Below, in pieces: positions 38,088 to 47,220 of a DNA stretch of 64,000 nt; the first letter of the stretch is position 1; the number at the start of each line of letters is the position of its first letter. Below the pieces are notes generated by a model. That model was not told the origin of the DNA. It ran no database searches and was given only the letters and a program-made list of their open reading frames with translations. The translations under genes and the position numbers were made by a program. The stretch covers positions 35,742 to 99,741 of the forward strand of contig JASLDW010000092.1 in the NCBI GenBank assembly GCA_030151365.1. Reading direction: 5' to 3'. Source of the DNA: Lysobacter sp. (GTDB lineage Bacteria; Pseudomonadota; Gammaproteobacteria; Xanthomonadales; Xanthomonadaceae).

Positions 38088-39494
38088 ATGGGGAGTGTGT
38101 TTGGCAAGAATGATGCCCAGGTCCACAAGGACCAAGCCACCACGGCGGATCTGGGGCAGTACGAAGAAGCGCGCAAGCAACTGGGCGAATTGCACGCGCC
38201 GGTCCTGCTGCACGCCGAAAATCCGCATGAGCGCCTATATGTTGCCTCGCTTGATGGTACCGGCAACAGCATGCGCAAGGATGCACTGGAGCACTGGAGC
38301 GCCGTCGCCAAGATCCATGATCAGGTCGGCAAGGCCAAAAACCCGAACGTCGTCAGTGGTTATGTGGAAGGTATCGGAACCCAGGATGGCTTTCTCCCGC
38401 GCGCTATTGATGGCTGGCGTGCCTATAGCTTTGACGAGCGCGTTGAAACTGCCTATTACGACCTTTGTACGCAAGCAAAACGTTGGATTATTAAAGATCC
38501 CCAGGCTCAGATTCGCGTCGCCGGTGTCGGTTTCAGCCGTGGCGCCGAAGAAGTCGCAGCACTGAATCGCATGATCGAAGAGCGTGGCATACTCGATCCC
38601 GAAAAAGCCGTGCTCCATAAAGATCACTACGGTCTGATCACCTCGATCCAATACTCCGGGGAACAACTGGTTCCGCCCGGCAAAACCCTGCAAGCCGCGA
38701 TGCTGTTCGATCCGGTCTCGACCAACAACACCGAGTTCGATCGCCGCCTTGCACCTTCGACGGTCGGAGCGTTCGAGATCCTCTCAACCGATCATCGCGA
38801 CCAGTTCAAGGGGGACCAACTGCTGCCGCACGGGCTGTCCGAGGACAACCGCTTCCTGAGCGTCACCGTTCCAGGCGCGCACAGCAACATCGGCGACACT
38901 TATACGCAGAACGGTCTCGGCGTCCTCAGCGCCAACATGGGCGTGGACTTCCTCAACAGCCTGTCGGATCGCGACTTCTTGAAACCGCAGGCGGTGCCGC
39001 AGGATCCCGCGAAATACCAGATCTATCATTCCGAAGAACACATGGTGCTGTACACAACGCGCTACTACGACCAGCACCACCAGCGCGGGGAGACCAACCA
39101 GCTCGGAGCCGATTCGCAATGCCGGGTCGCGCAACCGCTCGCCGATTGCACGCACAAGGCACCCGTCGATCCGTCGCTGGCCGGGCAAATCGACTACCGG
39201 CCGATCCGGATGTCGGAACAACAGGCGCCACCGCCGATGCCCGATCAGGCGAAATCGCAGGCGATCTCCACCAACGACATCTTCCGCTCGATGAGCGATG
39301 CCGCACTGCGCGGCGATGCAGCCGGGATGCGCGCCAGCGGTTCGATCTGGCTCAACAGCGGCGGCGCGCAGGAATGGCTGCAGCAGGGTCGCGACCACAA
39401 CACGCAGCAGCGCGAGTCGGAGCTGACCGCGCAACTGGCGCAACAGCAATCGCAACAGGCGCAAGTGCAAGCGGCGCCGGTGATGCATCGCTGA
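38088..39494 (+). CDS. DUF2235 (Tle1-like) alpha/beta-hydrolase phospholipase, probable secreted toxin
   Basis: DGTGN, Y.EG.GT, GFSRG nucleophile elbow, FDPV, PGAHSNIG; Gln-rich C-terminus. Confidence 0.85.
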   Translation: MGSVFGKNDAQVHKDQATTADLGQYEEARKQLGELHAPVLLHAENPHERLYVASLDGTGNSMRKDALEHWSAVAKIHDQVGKAKNPNVVSGYVEGIGTQDGFLPRAIDGWRAYSFDERVETAYYDLCTQAKRWIIKDPQAQIRVAGVGFSRGAEEVAALNRMIEERGILDPEKAVLHKDHYGLITSIQYSGEQLVPPGKTLQAAMLFDPVSTNNTEFDRRLAPSTVGAFEILSTDHRDQFKGDQLLPHGLSEDNRFLSVTVPGAHSNIGDTYTQNGLGVLSANMGVDFLNSLSDRDFLKPQAVPQDPAKYQIYHSEEHMVLYTTRYYDQHHQRGETNQLGADSQCRVAQPLADCTHKAPVDPSLAGQIDYRPIRMSEQQAPPPMPDQAKSQAISTNDIFRSMSDAALRGDAAGMRASGSIWLNSGGAQEWLQQGRDHNTQQRESELTAQLAQQQSQQAQVQAAPVMHR

Positions 39495-39988
39495 TGGACG
39501 GGCACATGGACAGCAACGACTTGCAGGAACTGGCGGTCCGGCTGGCGGCCTTCACCGACCTGCTGGAACAACGCGCCGACCGCGTCGCCGACATCACCGA
39601 AGCGAATGCCCACGCCGTGGAGTCGGCCGCGGTCACCCTCACCGAGCAGGGACGCGGTCTCTCGGCTTCCGCGATCGGCGCCATCCGCGACGAAACCCGC
39701 AGCGCGATGCAGGCGCTGCACGCCGACATCGCCGCTGCGCGGTCCGCGCAACGCCGCTTCGCGACGATCGCGTCATCGGCATTGGTGGTCGCCGCCGCGA
39801 TCGCGGCCGGTGGCAGCGCATGGATGGTCTGGCGCAGCCAGCAAGAAATGCAGCGCGCGAAATTCGCCCAGGGCATCCTCGAAGCGACCCGCAGCGGCGC
39901 GATCACGATGTGCGGCGAACAGGTCTGCGTGCGCGTCGGCAACAAACCGAAGCGCGCCGACGCCGATGGTTACGTGATCGCGGAATAA
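39494..39988 (+). CDS. Hypothetical membrane protein (coiled coil, one TM, Cys pair)
   Basis: TGATG overlap with DUF2235 stop; TM ALVVAAAIAAGGSAWMVW; ITMCGEQVCVRV. Confidence 0.7.
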   Translation: MDGHMDSNDLQELAVRLAAFTDLLEQRADRVADITEANAHAVESAAVTLTEQGRGLSASAIGAIRDETRSAMQALHADIAAARSAQRRFATIASSALVVAAAIAAGGSAWMVWRSQQEMQRAKFAQGILEATRSGAITMCGEQVCVRVGNKPKRADADGYVIAE

Positions 39989-40012
39989 GCCCGCGATCAC
40001 GCGTGCGAATGC

Positions 40013-41182
40013 TCAGTCGAGCACGCGGCAGAACACCGCCTTGAGATAGCGCGATTCCTGCACCTGCGCCAGCCACGGATGGTCGGGGCCGGCGCCGGCC
40101 ACCTTCAACACCTGCACGGTGCGACCGGCGTAGAACGCCGCGCGCCGCAGCATGTCGGTGAACTGCTCTTCGCTCACGAGGCCCGTGCAGCTGAAGGTCG
40201 CGAACAAACCGCCCGGCTTCACCACGCCCAGCGCCAGCTTGTTCATGTCGAGGTATTTCTTCAGCGCCGGGATCACCTGCTCGCGATCGCGGGTCATCTT
40301 GGCGGGATCGAGGATCACCACGTCGAACCGTTCGCCGTTGGCGGCGGCATCGCGCAGCCACGGAAAGATGTCGGCCTGGACGAAACGCGGCTTGACGCCG
40401 TTGAGCTTGCCGTTGGCACGGGCGATGTCGAGCACCGCCGGATCGATGTCGATGCCGACCACTTCGCTGGCGCCATGCACCGCCGCATACACGCCGAAGC
40501 CGCCGGTGTTGCAGCAGAGATCGAGCACGCGCTGGCCCGCGCATAGTTGCGACAGCCACTGGCGGTTCTCGCGCTGGTCGGCGAAGAAGCCGGTCTTGTG
40601 CGCACCGGCGGGATCGGCGCGGAACTTCACCCCGTATTCGGTGACGATCGCCGCTTCGGTGCCGAGGGTATCGCGGTAATCGAAACTTTCCTGCTTCTGC
40701 ACGTGCTCATCGGCGAAGCTGTGGAAACGACAGCCGGGGAAATGGCTGCGCAACGCATTGAAGATGATCTCGCGATGGCGCCAGGCGCCGGCGCTGAAGA
40801 ACTCGACGACGATCAGGTCGTCGTAGCGATCGACCACCAGCCCGGAAATGCCGTCGCCCTCGCTGTGGACCACGCGCCAGGCATTGCTGATGTCATCGAG
40901 CTTCAGGATCTCGCGACGCAGGCGGATGGCCTCGCCGATCCTGGCTTCGAACCACGCCTGGTCGACCGTGACGGCGGGATCGCGCTCGAGGATGCGCACC
41001 GCGATCCGCGAATGGCCGTTGTAGAAGCCGCGACCGATCCACTCGCCGTCCACGCTCAGGACGTCGACGATCGAACCCGGCTTCGGGCGCTGCGCCGGCT
41101 TTTCGACCAGGCGCTGGAAAATCCACGGATGCGAGGAATTCCACGCGTTCTTGAGGCGGACGACGGGCAGTGCTTCGTTCAT
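40013..41182 (-). CDS. RlmI-like rRNA m5C methyltransferase
   Basis: PUA-like HPWIF, SEGDG..GL.VD, KTGFF.DQRENR, VLDLCCNTGGF, LDP. Confidence 0.9.
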   Translation of the reverse strand: MNEALPVVRLKNAWNSSHPWIFQRLVEKPAQRPKPGSIVDVLSVDGEWIGRGFYNGHSRIAVRILERDPAVTVDQAWFEARIGEAIRLRREILKLDDISNAWRVVHSEGDGISGLVVDRYDDLIVVEFFSAGAWRHREIIFNALRSHFPGCRFHSFADEHVQKQESFDYRDTLGTEAAIVTEYGVKFRADPAGAHKTGFFADQRENRQWLSQLCAGQRVLDLCCNTGGFGVYAAVHGASEVVGIDIDPAVLDIARANGKLNGVKPRFVQADIFPWLRDAAANGERFDVVILDPAKMTRDREQVIPALKKYLDMNKLALGVVKPGGLFATFSCTGLVSEEQFTDMLRRAAFYAGRTVQVLKVAGAGPDHPWLAQVQESRYLKAVFCRVLD

Positions 41183-41251
41183 CCGGCCATTTTACGGGGG
41201 AAGCGCGATCGCCGCCTTGCGCCATGCCCCAACCGTCGCCATGTGTAGCGA

Positions 41252-41920
41252 ATGGTCCTCGATGAAACCGCCGCCCCCAGTGATCCGCGCCGCCAGCGCC
41301 GGCTCGATGCCGGTCGCCTGCGTCGTGCATTGACCTGCAGCCTCGTCGCCATCCTGGTGTTGCTGGGCATCCATGCGATGGTCGGCGGCAGCGATGCGGT
41401 GGCGCCCTTCGCGGTCCAGCCCCACGCAACCAGCGGGCTCGTCGGCATCCTCACCGCGCCGCTGTTGCACGGCTCCTGGGATCACGTGCTCTCCAACGCG
41501 ATCGCCATCCTCATCCTCGGTACCCTCGCCGGCAGCGTCTATCCACGCGCCAGCCTGCGCGCGCTGCCGCTGCTGTGGCTGGGTTCGGGCATCGGCGCAT
41601 GGTTGCTCGGCCATGCCGGCGAACACCATCTCGGCGCCAGTGGCGTCACCCACGGCCTGATGTATCTCACCCTGACGCTCGGCATCCTGCGCAAGGAACG
41701 TTCATCCGTCGCCGCCGCGATGATCGTGTTCCTGCTTTACGGCGGCATGGTGATGGCCGTGCTGCCCCTGCAGGAAGGCGTGTCGTGGCAGTCGCACCTT
41801 GGCGGAGCCGTTGCCGGTGTCATTTCGGCCTTCCTGTTCCGCAACACCGACCCGGCGCCGCCACGCCGCGTGTACAGCTACGAGCTGGAAGAAGACGGAG
41901 ACGACGCCGGGTCTGAATGA
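41252..41920 (+). CDS. Rhomboid-family intramembrane protease
   Basis: LHG...HV.SN, GASG, SHLGG. Confidence 0.9.
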   Translation: MVLDETAAPSDPRRQRRLDAGRLRRALTCSLVAILVLLGIHAMVGGSDAVAPFAVQPHATSGLVGILTAPLLHGSWDHVLSNAIAILILGTLAGSVYPRASLRALPLLWLGSGIGAWLLGHAGEHHLGASGVTHGLMYLTLTLGILRKERSSVAAAMIVFLLYGGMVMAVLPLQEGVSWQSHLGGAVAGVISAFLFRNTDPAPPRRVYSYELEEDGDDAGSE

Positions 41921-42090
41921 GGTCTGTCCTTGTTTCATGAATCCAGGGTTTTCGTACAGCCCGCGGTCGTGTTGGTAACTCCCTGATTTACGGAGATTCC
42001 ATATTCCTCTCCCGTTGCACCTGCAGGGCGGAGCATGCCTTCCGCGTGCCGCGATGCACGTGCTCCCCCGAAGCAAAAGAGGTAAGACGC

Positions 42091-42729
42091 ATGAAGATGA
42101 CCCGGAACTCTTTCGTTCTGACCGCACTGGCCGCCGCGCTCGCCGCGCCGGCCGCGTTCGCCCAATCGGCCACGACCGCGACGGACAGCGACAGCGGAAC
42201 CGGCCAGGCCTTCATCCGCGGTGAGTTGGGCAAGACCCAGCTGAAGCAGGCCGGTGTCGACAACAAGGTCAAGGACACCTCCGGCAACGTCCGTGGCGGC
42301 TACATGTTCAACCACAACATCGGTGTCGAAGGCTTCTATGGTCGCTACTACGACAAGAGCGACAAGCAGGCGGGCATCGACCGCCAGACCAAGCTCGACG
42401 GCATCGGTGCCGGCGTGGTCGGCAAGGTGCGCTTCGGCGACCAAGCCCGCGATACCGGCTTCTATGCCAGCGGTCGCACCGGCATGATGCGCAGCGGTTA
42501 CAAGCAGAGCGTCTCGGTCGACAACAACGGTACCACCACGGAATTCTCGCGGACCAGCCACAGCAACCAGCCGTACTACGGTGTCGGCGTCGGCTACGAC
42601 GTCAGCCGCAATACCGGTGTCGGCATCAACTACGACTACTTCCAGGGCAAATCGCGCTCGCCGGTGACCGGCAACAAGGAGAATTTCCATGCCCGGACGC
42701 TGGGCGTGGACCTGGAACATCGCTTCTGA
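42091..42729 (+). CDS. Small outer-membrane beta-barrel protein, paralog 1
   Basis: Signal peptide; GGYMFN..IGVEGFY, YYGVGVGYD; ends EHRF. Confidence 0.88.
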   Translation: MKMTRNSFVLTALAAALAAPAAFAQSATTATDSDSGTGQAFIRGELGKTQLKQAGVDNKVKDTSGNVRGGYMFNHNIGVEGFYGRYYDKSDKQAGIDRQTKLDGIGAGVVGKVRFGDQARDTGFYASGRTGMMRSGYKQSVSVDNNGTTTEFSRTSHSNQPYYGVGVGYDVSRNTGVGINYDYFQGKSRSPVTGNKENFHARTLGVDLEHRF

Positions 42730-42753
42730 TCCGGCCAACATCGCCTGTAGGAA

Positions 42754-42782
42754 GAACGGTCGCCTCCGGGCGGCCGTTTTTC
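42754..42782 (+). terminator. Intrinsic terminator
   Basis: AACGGTCGCC-TCCG-GGCGGCCGTT then TTTC. Confidence 0.8.
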
Positions 42783-43036
42783 ATAAAAGATTCCGGGTCA
42801 AAATCGGATCGGATCTTTCTGAATGGGGTTTGGTGAAAGTTTCGCCATCTCCACTCACGTTAAATCTGAATGAAATCTGTCGCCCCCGGGGAACTCGCAA
42901 TTCCCAGACAGCTTCCAGAAATCTATTTAACTCTCTGATTTATAAAAACTTCACAACTCTTCCTTTTCCGGCTCTCGCAACGCAGCATGGCCCCACCGCG
43001 CTCCAACGAGCGTTTCAATGTGAAAAAGGAAAGACC

Positions 43037-43657
43037 ATGAAGAAGTTCCAGACGACCCTCGCCCTGACCGCGCTGGCTGCCGCCCTGGCCGCCCCGGCCG
43101 CGTTCGCCCAGTCCTCGACCGATACCGTCGGCCAGGGCTTCGTTCGTGGCGAGCTGGGCAAGACCAAGCTGAAGGACACCAGCAGCTCCGACAACGTCAA
43201 GGACACCTCCTACAACATCCGTGGCGGTTACATGTTCAACCGCAACTTCGGCGTCGAAGGTTTCTACGGCCGCTACTACGACAAGAACAGCCACAACCTC
43301 GGCTTCGACCAGAACACCAAGCTCGACGGTTACGGCGCCGGCGTGGTCGGCAAGGTGCGCTTCGGCGAACAGGCCCTCGACACCGGCTTCTACGGCAGCG
43401 GTCGCGTCGGCCTGATGCATGCCAACTACAAGGCCAGCGCCACCAACACCACCGGCGGCATCACCACCAACTACTCGGTGTCGAGCAACAGCAACCAGCC
43501 GTACTACGGCGTGGGCATCGGCTACGACTTCAACCGCAACATGGGCGTCGGTCTGAACTACGACTACTTCCATGGCCGCGTGCGCGTGCCGACCACCGGC
43601 AACAAGGTCAGCTACAACTCGCAGACCCTGGGCGCGGACTTCGAATACCGCTTCTGA
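43037..43657 (+). CDS. Small outer-membrane beta-barrel protein, paralog 2
   Basis: Aligns closely with paralog 1; ends EYRF. Confidence 0.88.
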   Translation: MKKFQTTLALTALAAALAAPAAFAQSSTDTVGQGFVRGELGKTKLKDTSSSDNVKDTSYNIRGGYMFNRNFGVEGFYGRYYDKNSHNLGFDQNTKLDGYGAGVVGKVRFGEQALDTGFYGSGRVGLMHANYKASATNTTGGITTNYSVSSNSNQPYYGVGIGYDFNRNMGVGLNYDYFHGRVRVPTTGNKVSYNSQTLGADFEYRF

Positions 43658-43696
43658 TCGCCACTGTTTGACGCACAACTTTGGTTGTGGAGACCA

Positions 43697-43724
43697 ACGG
43701 CCACCTTCGTGTGGCCGTTTTTTT
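43697..43724 (+). terminator. Intrinsic terminator
   Basis: AACGGCCAC-CTTCGT-GTGGCCGTT then TTTT. Confidence 0.82.
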
Positions 43725-43802
43725 GTCGTACACTGCGCGCCGCGTCGCCAATCCGGGCGCGTTTCATTGCCCCCATCGGGGGCGTATTACTTAGGGGAAA
43801 AC

Positions 43803-44405
43803 ATGAAGAAGATGATTTCGGCGCTCGCCGTGGGCGTCGCGTGCGCACTCGTTGCTCCGGCGGCTTTCGCCGGTGAAGGCCAGGGCTTCGTTGGTGCAGA
43901 AGTCGGCCAGTCCAAGATCAAGATCGAGGGCGAATCGTCCAAGGACACCAGCTTCGCCATCCGCGGCGGCTACATGTTCAACAACAACGTCGGCGTCGAG
44001 GGCTTCTATGGCCGCTACTACGACAAGACCCTGCACGCCAGCGACAGCGGCATGACGGGCACCCTGAAGCCGACGCTGGACGGCTACGGCGTGGGCGTGG
44101 TCGGGAAGTGGAACCTGACCGGCGCCACCAACAACACCGGCCTGTTCGCCAAGGGCCACCTCGGCGTGATGCAAGCGAACGCCAAGGCCTCCGCGACGCT
44201 GGACATCGACGGAACGACCTACAGCGGTTCCGTGAAGTCGCACACCACCACGGGCTATATCGGTGTCGGCCTTGGCTACGACTTCAACCGCAATGTCGGC
44301 GTGAGCGTGAACTACGACTACTTCCGTCCGAAGTTCAAGGTGGCCGGCGAGAGCAGCAACGTCCCGGTCAACACCTGGTCGCTGGGCTTCGAATACCGCT
44401 TCTGA
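43803..44405 (+). CDS. Small outer-membrane beta-barrel protein, paralog 3
   Basis: Shares KDTS..IRGGYMFN.N.GVEGFYGRYYDK; ends EYRF. Confidence 0.88.
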   Translation: MKKMISALAVGVACALVAPAAFAGEGQGFVGAEVGQSKIKIEGESSKDTSFAIRGGYMFNNNVGVEGFYGRYYDKTLHASDSGMTGTLKPTLDGYGVGVVGKWNLTGATNNTGLFAKGHLGVMQANAKASATLDIDGTTYSGSVKSHTTTGYIGVGLGYDFNRNVGVSVNYDYFRPKFKVAGESSNVPVNTWSLGFEYRF

Positions 44406-44430
44406 TCCATCGGCGGCATCGACGGACCGG

Positions 44431-44459
44431 AACGGCCACCTTCGGGTGGCCGTTTCTTT
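44431..44459 (+). terminator. Intrinsic terminator
   Basis: AACGGCCACC-TTCG-GGTGGCCGTT then TCTTT. Confidence 0.82.
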
Positions 44460-44504
44460 GCCGGTTGATCCGCGGTTTCGCCGCGACGGCGTAAACTTCG
44501 CTCC

Positions 44505-45395
44505 ATGAACGCGAAACCGCAGCGCCTGGAAAACATCGTCACCGACAAGGGCAAGGTCCCGGTCTATGCCACCGGCATCGTCGAACAGCCGTGGGACGAT
44601 TACACCGCTGCCGACCACGACGTCTGGCGCCAGCTCTACCAGCGCCAGCGCGAAGTGCTGGCCGGCCGCGCCAGCGACGAATTCCTGCAGGCGCAGGACG
44701 CGATGGGGATGACACCGGACGCGATCCCGAAATTCTCCGAGCTCAACAAGATCCTCAAGGCGACCAGCGGCTGGACCCTGATCGGCGTCGAGGGCCTGCT
44801 GCCGGAACTCGATTTCTTCGATCACCTCGCCAATCGCCGCTTCCCGGTGAGCTGGTGGATCCGCCGCCCCGACCAGATCGACTACATCGAGGAACCCGAC
44901 CTCTTCCACGACCTGTTCGGCCACGTGCCGCTGCTGATGCTGCCGGTGTTCGCCGACTACATGCAGGCCTACGGCCGTGGCGGCGTCAAGGCGCACGGCA
45001 TCGGCCCGGAGGCGCTGCAAATGCTGACGCGCCTGTACTGGTACACGGTCGAGTTCGGCCTGATCCGCCAGAAGGGCGGCCTGCGCATCTACGGCAGCGG
45101 CATCGTGTCGTCGAAGGGCGAATCGATCCATTGCCTGGAAAGCGACGCGCCCAATCGCATCGGCTTCGACCTCGAGCGGATCATGCGCACGCGCTACCGC
45201 ATCGATACCTACCAGAAGACCTATTTCGTCATCGACAGCTACGACCAGCTGATCGAGGCGACGCGTCCCGATTTCACCCCGATCTACGCGCGGCTGACGG
45301 CACAGGAATCGATCCCGGCCGGTACCGTGCTGGACAGCGATGCCGTGTTCCATCGCGGCACCGGCGAAGGCTGGGCCACCGACGGCGACGTCTGA
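44505..45395 (+). CDS. phhA: Phenylalanine 4-monooxygenase
   Basis: EPDLFHDLFGHVP, LYWYTVEFGL, YG.GI.SS.GE, YRID..Q..YF. Confidence 0.95.
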   Translation: MNAKPQRLENIVTDKGKVPVYATGIVEQPWDDYTAADHDVWRQLYQRQREVLAGRASDEFLQAQDAMGMTPDAIPKFSELNKILKATSGWTLIGVEGLLPELDFFDHLANRRFPVSWWIRRPDQIDYIEEPDLFHDLFGHVPLLMLPVFADYMQAYGRGGVKAHGIGPEALQMLTRLYWYTVEFGLIRQKGGLRIYGSGIVSSKGESIHCLESDAPNRIGFDLERIMRTRYRIDTYQKTYFVIDSYDQLIEATRPDFTPIYARLTAQESIPAGTVLDSDAVFHRGTGEGWATDGDV

Positions 45396-45432
45396 TCCGC
45401 GATAATGGCGGCTTCGCCTCCGGAGCCGCCCG

Positions 45433-46485
45433 ATGTCGTCCGATAACACCCTCAACAACGGCGGGCCCAGCAACAGCAGGCCCATCTCCCTCACCCATTA
45501 CCTGATCGACGAGCAGCGCGCCGGCCACGTCAACGCCGACCTGCGCCTGCTGATCGAAGTGGTGGCGCGCGCCTGCAAGACCATCTCGGTCGCGGTCGGC
45601 AAGGGCGCGCTCGGCGGCGTGCTCGGCGACGCCGGCACCGGCAACATCCAGGGCGAGGCGCAGAAGAAACTCGACGTCATCGCCAACGACGTGCTGCTGG
45701 AAGCCAATGCCTGGGGCGGCCATCTCGCCGGGCTGGCCTCGGAGGAAATGGAACACAGCCAGCCGATCCCGGACATGTATCCGCGCGGCAACTACCTGCT
45801 GCTGTTCGATCCCCTCGATGGTTCCTCCAACATCGACGTCAACGTTTCCGTTGGCACGATCTTCTCGGTGCTGCGTTGCCCCGACGGCGTCACCACGGCG
45901 CAGGACCAGCATTACCTCCAGGCCGGCACCGAACAGGTCGCCGCCGGTTACTGCATCTACGGGCCGTCGACGATGATGGTGCTGACGGTCGGCCACGGCA
46001 CGCACGCGTTCACGCTGGATCGCGAACAGGGCAGCTTCGTGATGACCCAGCGCGGGATGTCGGTGCCGCAAGAAACGAAAGAGTTCGCCATCAACATGTC
46101 GAACCACCGCCACTGGGACGCGCCGATGCAGCAGTACGTCAACGACCTGCTGGCCGGCAAGGAAGGCCCGCGCGGCAAGGACTTCAACATGCGCTGGATC
46201 GCCAGCATGGTCGCCGACGTCCATCGCATCCTCACCCGCGGCGGCATCTTCATCTATCCGTGGGACAGGAAGGATCCGGGCAAGGCCGGAAAATTGCGGT
46301 TGATGTACGAAGCCAATCCGATGAGCTTCCTGGTGGAACAGGCCGGCGGCGCCGCGACCAACGGCCGCATGCGGATCATGGACATCGCACCCGACGGCCT
46401 GCACCAGCGCGTGCCGGTGTTCCTGGGATCGAAGAAGGAAGTGGAAGCGGCGACGGCTTACCACCTCGACCATGATCGCGGCTGA
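45433..46485 (+). CDS. fbp: Class 1 fructose-1,6-bisphosphatase
   Basis: [29 protein letters not shown]. Confidence 0.96.
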   Translation: MSSDNTLNNGGPSNSRPISLTHYLIDEQRAGHVNADLRLLIEVVARACKTISVAVGKGALGGVLGDAGTGNIQGEAQKKLDVIANDVLLEANAWGGHLAGLASEEMEHSQPIPDMYPRGNYLLLFDPLDGSSNIDVNVSVGTIFSVLRCPDGVTTAQDQHYLQAGTEQVAAGYCIYGPSTMMVLTVGHGTHAFTLDREQGSFVMTQRGMSVPQETKEFAINMSNHRHWDAPMQQYVNDLLAGKEGPRGKDFNMRWIASMVADVHRILTRGGIFIYPWDRKDPGKAGKLRLMYEANPMSFLVEQAGGAATNGRMRIMDIAPDGLHQRVPVFLGSKKEVEAATAYHLDHDRG

Positions 46486-46498
46486 TCTCGCGTCCTGC

Positions 46499-47170
46499 TC
46501 AATCCGGTAGCCGCACCCACACCGTCGTCCCGCTTGCATCGGACTGCACTTGCAGTTCGCCGCCATGGCGCTCGACGACCCGCCGCGCGATCGTCGTGCC
46601 GATGTCGACATCGCGCGGATCGCGCAACGCCGCGAACTCACTCGCGGGCTCCATCGCACCATGGCCGGCATCATGGATGCGCAACAACGTCGCCGCGATG
46701 GCATCGCTGGCGCTGACCGTGATCCGGATCGGCACGTCCTCGGGCGCACGCTGCCATGCCGCGCCGATCAGCCGTTGCATCATTTGTCGCAGCAGGTGTT
46801 CGTCACCGATCGCCTGCATCTCCGGCTGCACGTCGACCCGGGCATCGCGAGCGGGATGGGCATCGAGCAATTCCATCGTCGCCCAGTCGGCGAGCAGGCT
46901 GAGATCGACCGGCACGCGCTTCGATTCCGCGGCGTCCACCCGCAACCAGTCGACCAGATCGACCATCATGGTATCGAGGCGTTCCGCGGCATCGCGGATG
47001 CGCGCCAGATGCTCGCAATCGCCGATATCGAGGCCTTCGCTCTTGTCGAGCAGCCTTCCGAAGCCCTTGATCGCGCGCACCTGGGCGCGCAGGTCATGCG
47101 ACACGACGCGCGCGAGGTTCGCCCGCAGCGCCTGCATGTCGTTGCCGTCGCGATGATTGCCGTCGTCCAT
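46499..47170 (-). CDS. Sensorless histidine-kinase-like protein with degenerate ATPase domain
   Basis: H-box SHDLR, G1 DAGHG, IARRVVERHGG; N-box Asn residues absent. Confidence 0.78.
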   Translation of the reverse strand: MDDGNHRDGNDMQALRANLARVVSHDLRAQVRAIKGFGRLLDKSEGLDIGDCEHLARIRDAAERLDTMMVDLVDWLRVDAAESKRVPVDLSLLADWATMELLDAHPARDARVDVQPEMQAIGDEHLLRQMMQRLIGAAWQRAPEDVPIRITVSASDAIAATLLRIHDAGHGAMEPASEFAALRDPRDVDIGTTIARRVVERHGGELQVQSDASGTTVWVRLPD

Positions 47171-47220
47171 GTCAAAACCACGGTAGCGGATACCGGAGTG
47201 TAGTACGGCACAATGCCGGC

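Noticed and set aside
37340..40012. Integrative element boundaries around the effector cassette
   Set aside because: No integrase, transposase, tRNA or flanking direct repeats found by eye
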